Assembly (NCBI GenBank): GCA_037143535.1
Contig: JBAWYN010000001.1
Location: 1 to 55,966 of the forward strand
Source of the DNA: Acidimicrobiaceae bacterium
GTDB lineage: Bacteria > Actinomycetota > Acidimicrobiia > Acidimicrobiales > RAAP-2
Length of the DNA: 55,966 nucleotides
Direction: 5' to 3'
The position numbers and the translations under genes were made by a program. Each line of letters starts with the position of its first letter. Position 1 is the first letter of the stretch. Of the stretch, positions 1 through 7,147 are shown piece by piece. A model generated the notes under the pieces. It saw only the letters and a program-made list of their open reading frames with translations, had not been told where the DNA came from and did no database searches.

Positions 1-257
1 TTCTGTATTCGAGAAAGACCAGCGGTGATTGACTCGGCCTTCTCGTACTCAACAGTGAATCCTTCGTCGGTGAGTGATTGAGCAAAATGGCGAGCACTAG
101 AAATGATGAAGAACAGGCGCTCTTTGTGCCAATTTCTTCCTGAGATCATCCCGGTGCTCTCAACGAACACAATTACATCGTTCTGGATGTCGGCGCTTTT
201 AAGGCCCCCATAGTGGCGGTGGAGTTGATCAAAAGGAACGTAGATAATCCGCTTCAT
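1..257 (-). CDS. Cryptochrome/photolyase-related protein (DPRP/COG3046-type), N-terminal part, truncated by window edge
   Basis: Manual translation MKRIIYVPFDQLHRHYGG...VFVES...WHKERLFFIISSARHFAQSL matches the family N-terminus (DQL and HKxKL...SAMRHFA); ATGA overlap with the upstream DUF2256 gene; not in ORF track. Confidence 0.8.
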   Translation of the reverse strand, partial: MKRIIYVPFDQLHRHYGGLKSADIQNDVIVFVESTGMISGRNWHKERLFFIISSARHFAQSLTDEGFTVEYEKAESITAGLSRIQ

Positions 258-397
258 TTGCTCTTCCGACAGCGCTCGCTACAGAACTTCACTTGATCCC
301 AGTTCTTGGCCCACTTCTTTCGCCATTCAAATTCGAGCTGACAATTGACACAGATTTTGGGGTCAAACCCGTTTTTTGTCTTGGCTGAACGAGTCAT
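254..397 (-). CDS. DUF2256 family small Cys-rich protein (47 aa)
   Basis: Manual translation MTRSAKTKNGFDPKICVNCQLEFEWRKKWAKNWDQVKFCSERCRKSK carries the KxCxxC...WRKKW..W..VK.CS.RCR signature. Confidence 0.88.
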   Translation of the reverse strand: MTRSAKTKNGFDPKICVNCQLEFEWRKKWAKNWDQVKFCSERCRKSK

Positions 398-416
398 AGG
401 CGAGCAGGGGAGTGGT

Positions 417-1232
417 CTATCCCTGCAATTTTGGGGTAGTGAAGTTCTCCAAGTAGCGGTTTCGACCCATCATCTTTCGCTGGGTTGACTGGTGGGTCAG
501 AATCCAGAACTGATTTGCGTTAATCGCGTACACAATTCGTCCAGCAACGTCTGCTGGATTCATGGCGTAGGAATTGAGCATCTTGGCAATGTCCTTCATG
601 TCGGTGCCGGCTGGCGGTGGCATCTCTGCAACGGCCGGAGCATTACGTGTTGAGTTGAAGATCTGGGTGTCTACAAACTCAGGACAGAGGCAAGTGACAT
701 TCACATTGGTGCCTTCAAGCTCCATTGATAGTGACTCAGAGAGACCGACCATTGCGTACTTAGACACGTGGTAGCTACCAAGCATTGGAGAAGAGGTGAG
801 TCCGGCTTCAGAAGCCGTGACAACAACGTGACCTTCATCTTGGTCAATGAGGTTTTGAATAAATGCGGAGATGGTGTAGCCAACGCCGAGGACGTTCACT
901 CCAATAACCCAGTCCCAACCAGTAGGACGTTCAGCCTTGATTGGCTTTCCTGATGCAACACCTGCGTTAGCGAAGATGACATGGACTGTTCCGTACTTAG
1001 CGAGAACTTCGTCGCGCATCTTGAATACTGCTGAGGCGTCAGCTACGTCACAAACAATTGCAGTCACTTTTTCGCCAGCGGTGATGAGTTCGTTTGCTTC
1101 ACGCATAAGGACTGGTTCTTCGATGTCAACCATGACAACGCTCATACCTTCAGCGAGAAAACGCTTGGTGGTGGCGAGTCCGATTCCAGATGCTGCGCCA
1201 GTGATGACGGCTACCTTGTCTTTTAATTCCAT
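417..1232 (-). CDS. SDR family NAD(P)-dependent oxidoreductase
   Basis: TGAASGIG, NAG and YHVSK (YxxxK) motifs. Confidence 0.93.
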   Translation of the reverse strand: MELKDKVAVITGAASGIGLATTKRFLAEGMSVVMVDIEEPVLMREANELITAGEKVTAIVCDVADASAVFKMRDEVLAKYGTVHVIFANAGVASGKPIKAERPTGWDWVIGVNVLGVGYTISAFIQNLIDQDEGHVVVTASEAGLTSSPMLGSYHVSKYAMVGLSESLSMELEGTNVNVTCLCPEFVDTQIFNSTRNAPAVAEMPPPAGTDMKDIAKMLNSYAMNPADVAGRIVYAINANQFWILTHQSTQRKMMGRNRYLENFTTPKLQG

Positions 1233-1242
1233 CTTCTTCTCC

Positions 1243-1602
1243 TTAATGGGCGAGTGACATACCTACGACAAAACAAATTGATCCCACCACGGGGGTAGTG
1301 ATGAGTAGCACCATTGAATACTTCCAATGGTGCGTACGAGCGAGGATAACCGGAATTGCGAACGCTGACGAGGCAGTCGTCAACCCCCCACAAAATCCCG
1401 AAACAATGACTTGGTGGATGTGAGCATCCGACGTTCCAGTCAGCTTGTAGGTTGCCCATCCGGCAATTCCAGTTCCGATGACATTCGCCGCTACCGTTCC
1501 AATTGGACGCTGCGTCGGATGACGTAGGCGAACTGCGAACTCCATTAGGAAGCGAACCACGCATCCGAGGGCTCCAAAAACTCCGACGAGAAGAAGAATC
1601 AT
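1243..1602 (-). CDS. crcB: Fluc/CrcB family membrane protein (subunit 2)
   Basis: GALGCVVRF, GTVAANVIG, GFCGGLTT motifs; 4 hydrophobic segments. Confidence 0.85.
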   Translation of the reverse strand: MILLLVGVFGALGCVVRFLMEFAVRLRHPTQRPIGTVAANVIGTGIAGWATYKLTGTSDAHIHQVIVSGFCGGLTTASSAFAIPVILARTHHWKYSMVLLITTPVVGSICFVVGMSLAH

Positions 1603-2015
1603 TCCCTCGCCCCCTTAAGTCCGAGCCATCCAGAAAAAAGGCTCAAAACGAACAGGCAGGAGAAGGTTAAAAATGCGGCTGGCACACTCAGGTGCCAGAT
1701 TCCTGACAAAGTGACGAAAATCGCCGAATAGGACGTGTACCCACCCAGTAGTCCAGTGATTAGCAATAATCGCATGGGATTATCAAAATGATTGTCTCTA
1801 AGTGGTCCAACGAGCAGTCTGGTGGCTAGGTAGATCCCAGAGAGATTGATGGCGGCGAGAACCCAGGGGATATGTGAGACCCACGTTGACTGGTTGGCAG
1901 CTGGCTGGAGCTTCATTAAAACGTCTCGAATAATTGTTCCGACGAATCCGCCAAGAGCCACGACAGAAATCGAAGTGAAAAACATCTTCGGTGTAACTGC
2001 GCGTCGAGTATTCAT
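1599..2015 (-). CDS. crcB: Fluc/CrcB family membrane protein (subunit 1)
   Basis: GGFVGTIIR, PW...IN, TGLLGGYTSYS motifs; ATGA overlap with partner gene. Confidence 0.82.
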   Translation of the reverse strand: MNTRRAVTPKMFFTSISVVALGGFVGTIIRDVLMKLQPAANQSTWVSHIPWVLAAINLSGIYLATRLLVGPLRDNHFDNPMRLLLITGLLGGYTSYSAIFVTLSGIWHLSVPAAFLTFSCLFVLSLFSGWLGLKGARE

Positions 2016-2030
2016 TGCGTTCTAAAACTA

Positions 2031-2064
2031 CTTGGCGACAAGTCAGGGAAGCGTTATGTAAAAA
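2031..2064 (+). other. Degenerate dif-like site inverted relative to dif (XerC-like arm, 12-bp spacer, XerD arm)
   Basis: CTTGGCGACAA-GTCAGGGAAGCG-TTATGTAAAAA; 2052-2062 is a perfect inverted repeat of 2101-2111. Confidence 0.4.
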
Positions 2065-2098
2065 GGTCTGAATGTCTTATTGTTTCAGTGCATTTATA

Positions 2099-2126
2099 AC
2101 TTTACATAACGTACATTATCGGCTTT
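2099..2126 (-). other. dif chromosome dimer resolution site (XerC/XerD)
   Basis: Minus strand AAAGCCGATAA-TGTACG-TTATGTAAAGT: 11-6-11 layout, TTATGT XerD arm, GCCGATAA actinobacterial-type XerC arm, in an AT-rich intergenic region. Confidence 0.85.
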
Positions 2127-2156
2127 ATACCCAAATACGTCAGATACTGTTGTTCC

Positions 2157-2342
2157 ATGTCTAGTGCTGAACGCGTCCTCTTTCGAGTCATCTGGGGTGA
2201 CTTCTACAAAGGAATGTTTCAAGAGCTCGTTATGGCGTTTGATCCAGATGAAGCCCTCGTGATTGCCAGCGAACTTCGACCTGAACTCCCTAGACCTCGA
2301 GTGGCGATTTTGGCCTCAGTTACATCCATGGATGCACAGTGA
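2157..2342 (+). CDS. Small hypothetical protein (61 aa)
   Basis: ATG preceded by TACTGT -10 box (2145-2150) at leaderless spacing; fills the gap between dif and the next gene. Confidence 0.6.
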   Translation: MSSAERVLFRVIWGDFYKGMFQELVMAFDPDEALVIASELRPELPRPRVAILASVTSMDAQ

Positions 2343-2757
2343 TTGTTGCTGTACCCATAGAAGCCATTGGCGGCATGCTCGTTCCCTTGGTGCCACGGGC
2401 GCTGATGTTGGCTATGTAGGTTCCGATAGCTACGTGAGTGACCGTATACGTCAGAACTTTGCCAACCTGAATCGGAGCGAGTGACTGACCTTTCTTTTCA
2501 AAGAAGATTTGATAGCCGCTGATACCCGAATATCCCTTCGGCGCTGACCAGGTCAACTTGACATTGAAATAGAGGCACTTGTTCGCTGGGGTCGGTGTAC
2601 CCGTTGCTGGGTCAATTTTGGTGATGCAGATCTGCGTCGCAGTGACGTTGCTTGCTGGTGGGTTGTACATTGCCGCCTCTACCCCAGTTCCGATAACTGA
2701 AACTAGAAGTGGTGCCAGTGCCACACTCGCCATGACCGCTTTTAGAGATTTCTTCAT
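2320..2757 (-). CDS. Secreted protein with fibronectin type III-like domain
   Basis: N-terminal signal peptide (MKKSLK...VEA-A); LTWSAP...ISGYQI...YTVT...Y...SA FN3-like pattern. Confidence 0.65.
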   Translation of the reverse strand: MKKSLKAVMASVALAPLLVSVIGTGVEAAMYNPPASNVTATQICITKIDPATGTPTPANKCLYFNVKLTWSAPKGYSGISGYQIFFEKKGQSLAPIQVGKVLTYTVTHVAIGTYIANISARGTKGTSMPPMASMGTATITVHPWM

Positions 2758-2817
2758 GATTCAGAGCCTACCAATCGTTCTCAAAAGTAGGTGGTCACTC
2801 CCCTCTACACTGAGCCT

Positions 2818-3585
2818 ATGGAAAATCTTTTTGATGTCTCAGGCAAGGTTGTACTCGTAACTGGCGGATCTCGCGGCATTGGCGAAATGATCGCAACCGG
2901 TTTTATTAATGCTGGAGCGAAGGTGTACATCTCAGCTCGTAAGGCGCAGGCGTGCGACGACCTCGCGGCAGAACTTTCAAAAATCGGTACATGCATCTCT
3001 ATTCCCGCCGACCTCTCCTCTGAAGAAGAGTGCAAGCGTCTCGCTGAAGAGATTGCCAAGCGCGAGGACCACTTGGATGTACTCGTAAACAACGCTGGTG
3101 CCACCTGGGGCGCTCCAATGGCTGAAACTGATGAAGCATCGTTCGAGCGAGTTCTCTCAATCAACGTGAAGGGTGTCTTTCACCTTTCGAAGTTTCTCCG
3201 ACCTCTTCTTGAAAAGGCTGCGAAGCCGGGGTCACCTGCTCGCATCATCAACATTGGATCGATTGACGGAATTCATGTTCCAATCATGGAGACATTCGCA
3301 TACTCCGCATCAAAGGCTGCAGTTCATCAAATGACTCGCCACCTCGCAAAGGCCATGGCGCCAAACGTCACAGTGAATGCAATCGCACCTGGCCCATTTG
3401 AGTCAAAGATGATGGCGGCAACGCTGAAGGCTTTCGGTGATCAGATTGCTGGCAACGCACCAATGAAGCGAATCGGACAACCTTCTGATATGGCAGGGAC
3501 AGCAATCTTCCTGTCATCGAAAGCATCAAGTTACATAACTGGAGCAATCATTCCTGTTGACGGCGGAATCGCTACTACCGCTTAA
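2818..3585 (+). CDS. SDR family oxidoreductase (RhlG/FabG-like)
   Basis: TGGSRGIG, NNAG, YSASK motifs; start set at ATG 2818 after TACACT -10 box. Confidence 0.93.
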   Translation: MENLFDVSGKVVLVTGGSRGIGEMIATGFINAGAKVYISARKAQACDDLAAELSKIGTCISIPADLSSEEECKRLAEEIAKREDHLDVLVNNAGATWGAPMAETDEASFERVLSINVKGVFHLSKFLRPLLEKAAKPGSPARIINIGSIDGIHVPIMETFAYSASKAAVHQMTRHLAKAMAPNVTVNAIAPGPFESKMMAATLKAFGDQIAGNAPMKRIGQPSDMAGTAIFLSSKASSYITGAIIPVDGGIATTA

Positions 3586-4874
3586 TTGATTGGCTTAGTT
3601 CCGAGCGTTAGTTTGATGCTGAGGTGCTTGGTGCCACGAACAATCGAAATCGTGATCACGTCGCCTGGGTGATGAGACGAAATTACTTGCTGGACGTCCG
3701 CTCCCCCACCAATTGTGGTGCCGTTGATACCAACAATGATGTCGCCTTGCAAGAGTCCTGCAGATGCTGCGGGGGTTCCAGAAATAACACTCATGATGAC
3801 GGCACCACTCGCTACGGAGAATCCATATTGCTGCTGGAGCGATGGAGTTAGCGATTCCATTTCAATACCCATGTAGGCACCATGATTTACGACAGTCTGT
3901 CCGGCCAGCAACGACTTAAGGAGTGACTGAATTGTGGCCGCAGGTATTGCGAAGCCAATGTTCTGAGCTGATGAACCATCTGCAAGGGTGCCAGCGACCG
4001 CAGTGTTCATTCCAATAACGTTTCCAGAAGCATCAAGAAGCGGTCCTCCAGAGTTGCCTGGATTGATTGCGGCATCAGTTTGGATCATGTCGTTAAGCGT
4101 TTCGGTTGACATTGACGATGAGGCAGTAACGGTACGCCCCAGCGCTGAAACGATTCCTGTAGTCACAGTAGGAGTGCCCGCTGCAAGTCCCAGAGCGTTT
4201 CCAATCGCAACAACTGCATCACCGACACTTAGTTTTTTAGAATTGCCGAAAGAAACTGCAGGCAGCCCAGAAATGTTGTTGATGCGAATCAGTGCAACAT
4301 CATTTATTGGATTCGTTCCTATGAGCGTGGCTGGAAGCTTCTTGGTAGAACCAGAACGAGTCACTGTGATTGAACCACCAAACGTTGCCGCAGCAATCAC
4401 GTGATTGTTGGTCATGACGAGCCCATTGGAAGAGATAATCATCCCGGTCCCTTGATCCTCGCCTCCGTTGCCTTGAACATCGATTGAAACGACACTCGGA
4501 AGTAGTCGTTGAACCAGTTTTGGAATGCTTTGTCCGTTGGGAAGAATTGCTGCACCGGGGGAATTGGTAACGGACTGAATAGTGAGGCCGTTTACAGAAG
4601 ATGAACTTCCCGATGCGTAGTGACCAGCGAGACCACCAATAAGAGCTGCGACGAGGAGCAGACCTATTCGACTAGACAGAATCGACTTCGGACCAGCCTT
4701 TTGTGAAGCGAGTGGGACCTCATCGACAATGACCTTTGCTTCTACCGGTGCAGGCGTTGGAGTAGCCGGTGGTTGGCTGAGGACTGGTTCGGTTGCTGAC
4801 TTCTCAACAACATCCCTCAGAATTTCAGCGAGGGTGCGCTCGTCTGGTTGCTGGCTTGGAGTCTCGTCGCTCAT
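3582..4874 (-). CDS. htrA: HtrA/DegP-family membrane-anchored serine protease with PDZ domain
   Basis: TNNHV, DVALI, TDAAINPGNSGGPL catalytic motifs; one TM helix; C-terminal PDZ; start set at ATG 4874. Confidence 0.93.
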   Translation of the reverse strand: MSDETPSQQPDERTLAEILRDVVEKSATEPVLSQPPATPTPAPVEAKVIVDEVPLASQKAGPKSILSSRIGLLLVAALIGGLAGHYASGSSSSVNGLTIQSVTNSPGAAILPNGQSIPKLVQRLLPSVVSIDVQGNGGEDQGTGMIISSNGLVMTNNHVIAAATFGGSITVTRSGSTKKLPATLIGTNPINDVALIRINNISGLPAVSFGNSKKLSVGDAVVAIGNALGLAAGTPTVTTGIVSALGRTVTASSSMSTETLNDMIQTDAAINPGNSGGPLLDASGNVIGMNTAVAGTLADGSSAQNIGFAIPAATIQSLLKSLLAGQTVVNHGAYMGIEMESLTPSLQQQYGFSVASGAVIMSVISGTPAASAGLLQGDIIVGINGTTIGGGADVQQVISSHHPGDVITISIVRGTKHLSIKLTLGTKPIN

Positions 4875-4961
4875 GGGTTCCACCTTAGGACGAAAGATTA
4901 ATAAATGAATAAATCCCGGTTGAAAAATTGATGCCCCTTGGAGCGACTAAGATTTATCTCT

Positions 4962-6218
4962 GTGTCAAGACGTATAGAGATCGAAATTACGAGCCTTAAT
5001 GGTGACGTAGCAACATGGCGTGCTGCTGGGGCAAAACTCCCTAAGGGCACGCTCAGCGCAGCTTTGGTTCAAGGTGGCGCCGTTGTAGGCAACGTCTACC
5101 GTGCCGACGTGGAAAATTACATGGACGGCATTGAAGTTATTGCCGTGCTTCCTCCTAAGACTGCTTCCCCACTCGACCCACGCAAAGAACGTCTTGAAAT
5201 AATCGCTAAAGAAAATACCGGTCCTGACGTTGTTGTTACCTACGCACCGAAAGGTCGCGGAGGACGTCGTGACGGTGAACGTCGTGAAGGTGACCGCAAG
5301 GATTCGAAGCGCTCTTCAAGCCGTCCTGGTTCAAAAGACCGCGGTGGCGCACCAACTGGTGAAAAGTCTGAGCGCGGACCGCGTACAGAGCGACCAGCTC
5401 GCTCTGCTCGTCCAGCTCGCCCATCTGGTGCTCGCACCGGTGGACCTGTTGAAGCCCCGATTACAACTATTTATCGAAACGCACTTCTAGCGACCCTTTC
5501 ACCTGAGCAACTTCCAGTTGCTGAGCAATTGCTTCGTGGTGGAATGCCTGCCGTGAGGTCTGCTGTTGCAGAACAGAACAAGAACGCCACAGCGCAGGGA
5601 CGCCCAACAATTGATCCTGAGACTATTGACCGCATTGCAGAAGAACTTCTTGGCAAGACAAACCTTGCTCTCTGGAAGGACAAAGCAGCTGGCGCTATTG
5701 GAGCAGGGCGTGAACTACGTCTTCGTGACCTTCGTGCCGTTGTTACTTCAGCAAAGACTGTTTCACTTGATGACGAAGGTCGCCTGCAGTTGAAGGAACT
5801 TCAGACTGCTCTCACTTCAAAAGTCGATCACCTTCGCACTGTTTGGAACGAAAAGCTAGAAACTGCTCTTAACTCCAAGAATGTTGCTGAGACACTTCGC
5901 TTGGTTGCTCGCCCACCAGACATGTCAACTCGCGTTACGGCGGAAATGGCCGCGAAGGTTGTCACCATGACTTCTGAAGCCCTTACTGCTGAACTTGACC
6001 CAGCCGCATGGAATGAAATCGTGACGCTTGCCGTTGACACTTCAATTCGTCGCAACATCAAGCCAGTTGGAATTCCAGCAAACGAGATGAGCAAGGCTCT
6101 GGCGATTAAGAACGCTGGTGCTATTCCTGAGCTAGCGAAGCTTCTCGGAATGCCTGTTCCTCCACCACCACCGCCATCACGCGCGCCACGACGTCCGGCT
6201 AATCGCCGCGCATCGTAA
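4962..6218 (+). CDS. Hypothetical protein (beta-rich N-terminus, Arg-rich linker, helical C-terminal domain)
   Basis: Long ORF with host-like codon usage; GTG 4962 follows TAAGAT; no family motif recognised. Confidence 0.8.
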   Translation: MSRRIEIEITSLNGDVATWRAAGAKLPKGTLSAALVQGGAVVGNVYRADVENYMDGIEVIAVLPPKTASPLDPRKERLEIIAKENTGPDVVVTYAPKGRGGRRDGERREGDRKDSKRSSSRPGSKDRGGAPTGEKSERGPRTERPARSARPARPSGARTGGPVEAPITTIYRNALLATLSPEQLPVAEQLLRGGMPAVRSAVAEQNKNATAQGRPTIDPETIDRIAEELLGKTNLALWKDKAAGAIGAGRELRLRDLRAVVTSAKTVSLDDEGRLQLKELQTALTSKVDHLRTVWNEKLETALNSKNVAETLRLVARPPDMSTRVTAEMAAKVVTMTSEALTAELDPAAWNEIVTLAVDTSIRRNIKPVGIPANEMSKALAIKNAGAIPELAKLLGMPVPPPPPPSRAPRRPANRRAS

Positions 6219-6597
6219 GTAAACGAGCTTTCCAGCCAATCGATTCGTAGAGCGACTTAGTCGCCCTATCTCCTGGAAGTGCGAAGCCATCAACAGCTCC
6301 AGCGCGACTGATCATCTCAGTAATCATCTGCTTTGCAATTCCGTTTCTGCGATTAGCTGGTCGAACGTAGATTCCAAGAATCACCGAATCACGACAAAGC
6401 GCAAAACCAGCTCCAGATTCTTCGAGCCATAGTTCACCACTAGCAACGCTGAGCTTGAGCAGTTCGCTACTACTTAGTCCGTTGCCAATTTGAGCCATGA
6501 GCTCGACAGCACCCCTGGCGTCTTCGATGCCCTCGAGGCATTCGCTCCAAAGTGTTTCAATCTCTGGAGTCACGGTTGAACTCAGAGCGACCGACAT
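6199..6597 (-). CDS. GNAT family N-acetyltransferase
   Basis: IYVRPANRRNGIAK acetyl-CoA motif A; LYESIGW. Confidence 0.8.
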   Translation of the reverse strand: MSVALSSTVTPEIETLWSECLEGIEDARGAVELMAQIGNGLSSSELLKLSVASGELWLEESGAGFALCRDSVILGIYVRPANRRNGIAKQMITEMISRAGAVDGFALPGDRATKSLYESIGWKARLLTMRGD

Positions 6598-6607
6598 GCA
6601 ATCTCGA

Positions 6608-7045
6608 TCAGACGCAGTCGCGGCAAAGAGTCTTCTGCTTGTCAGCCAACTGAGACATCTTCTTCAGAAGTCGACATGACTTGCAGCGGAATTCGTCATC
6701 TTGCTTTGGAAGCAGGATTTCACTCGGGTCCAGCGTCGGATCAACCTCAGCGGTTGGTGCCTCGTCGTCGTCTTCAGGTGTGGTGTCTCGGCGAATGGTT
6801 TCAGCGAGAACTTCGTCAAGAGCTAGTTCGACATCTGCTTCGTCAGCGACATCTTCAATTTCCTCAGGGACAGCCGGAACCGCACTCTCCTCTTCGATTA
6901 CAGCTTCGTCTTCTTCGTCTGAGTCTTCGTCGACTGCAAGGACATCGCCGTCCTCGATTTCAGCACCTTCTTCGATGATTTCTTCTTCGAAACCGTCGGC
7001 TAGTTCGCCTTCGTCGAATACTTCATCTTCTCCGTCATCGGACAT
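6608..7045 (-). CDS. DUF4193-like acidic protein with C-terminal Zn-binding motif
   Basis: PKQDDEFRCKSCRLLK...CRDCV C-terminus; very D/E-rich N-terminus. Confidence 0.8.
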   Translation of the reverse strand: MSDDGEDEVFDEGELADGFEEEIIEEGAEIEDGDVLAVDEDSDEEDEAVIEEESAVPAVPEEIEDVADEADVELALDEVLAETIRRDTTPEDDDEAPTAEVDPTLDPSEILLPKQDDEFRCKSCRLLKKMSQLADKQKTLCRDCV

Positions 7046-7122
7046 AAATTCCCTTTATTACTCTTTATTTGTAGCGTTGGCAGTGTAGGTCGTAAAAGTG
7101 CTGATTACATGTCAATTCGCTT

Positions 7123-7147
7123 AAAAATCCCTAATACTTGGATTTTT
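7123..7147 (-). terminator. Possible weak intrinsic terminator after thyX
   Basis: AAAAATCC-N9-GGATTTTT inverted repeat directly after the stop; AT-rich stem. Confidence 0.3.

Noticed and set aside
2016-2156. Fluoride riboswitch upstream of the crcB pair
   Set aside because: No GGCGATG...TCGCC-type element on the minus strand; the region holds dif instead
5260-5440. Short repeated units (cgtccagctcgc-like, cgtcgtga) suggesting a repeat array
   Set aside because: They encode the low-complexity Arg-rich linker; no constant repeat-spacer period, so not CRISPR
6676-7088. Ser-rich and Arg-rich plus-strand ORFs
   Set aside because: Antisense shadows of the GAA/GAC-rich acidic DUF4193-like gene
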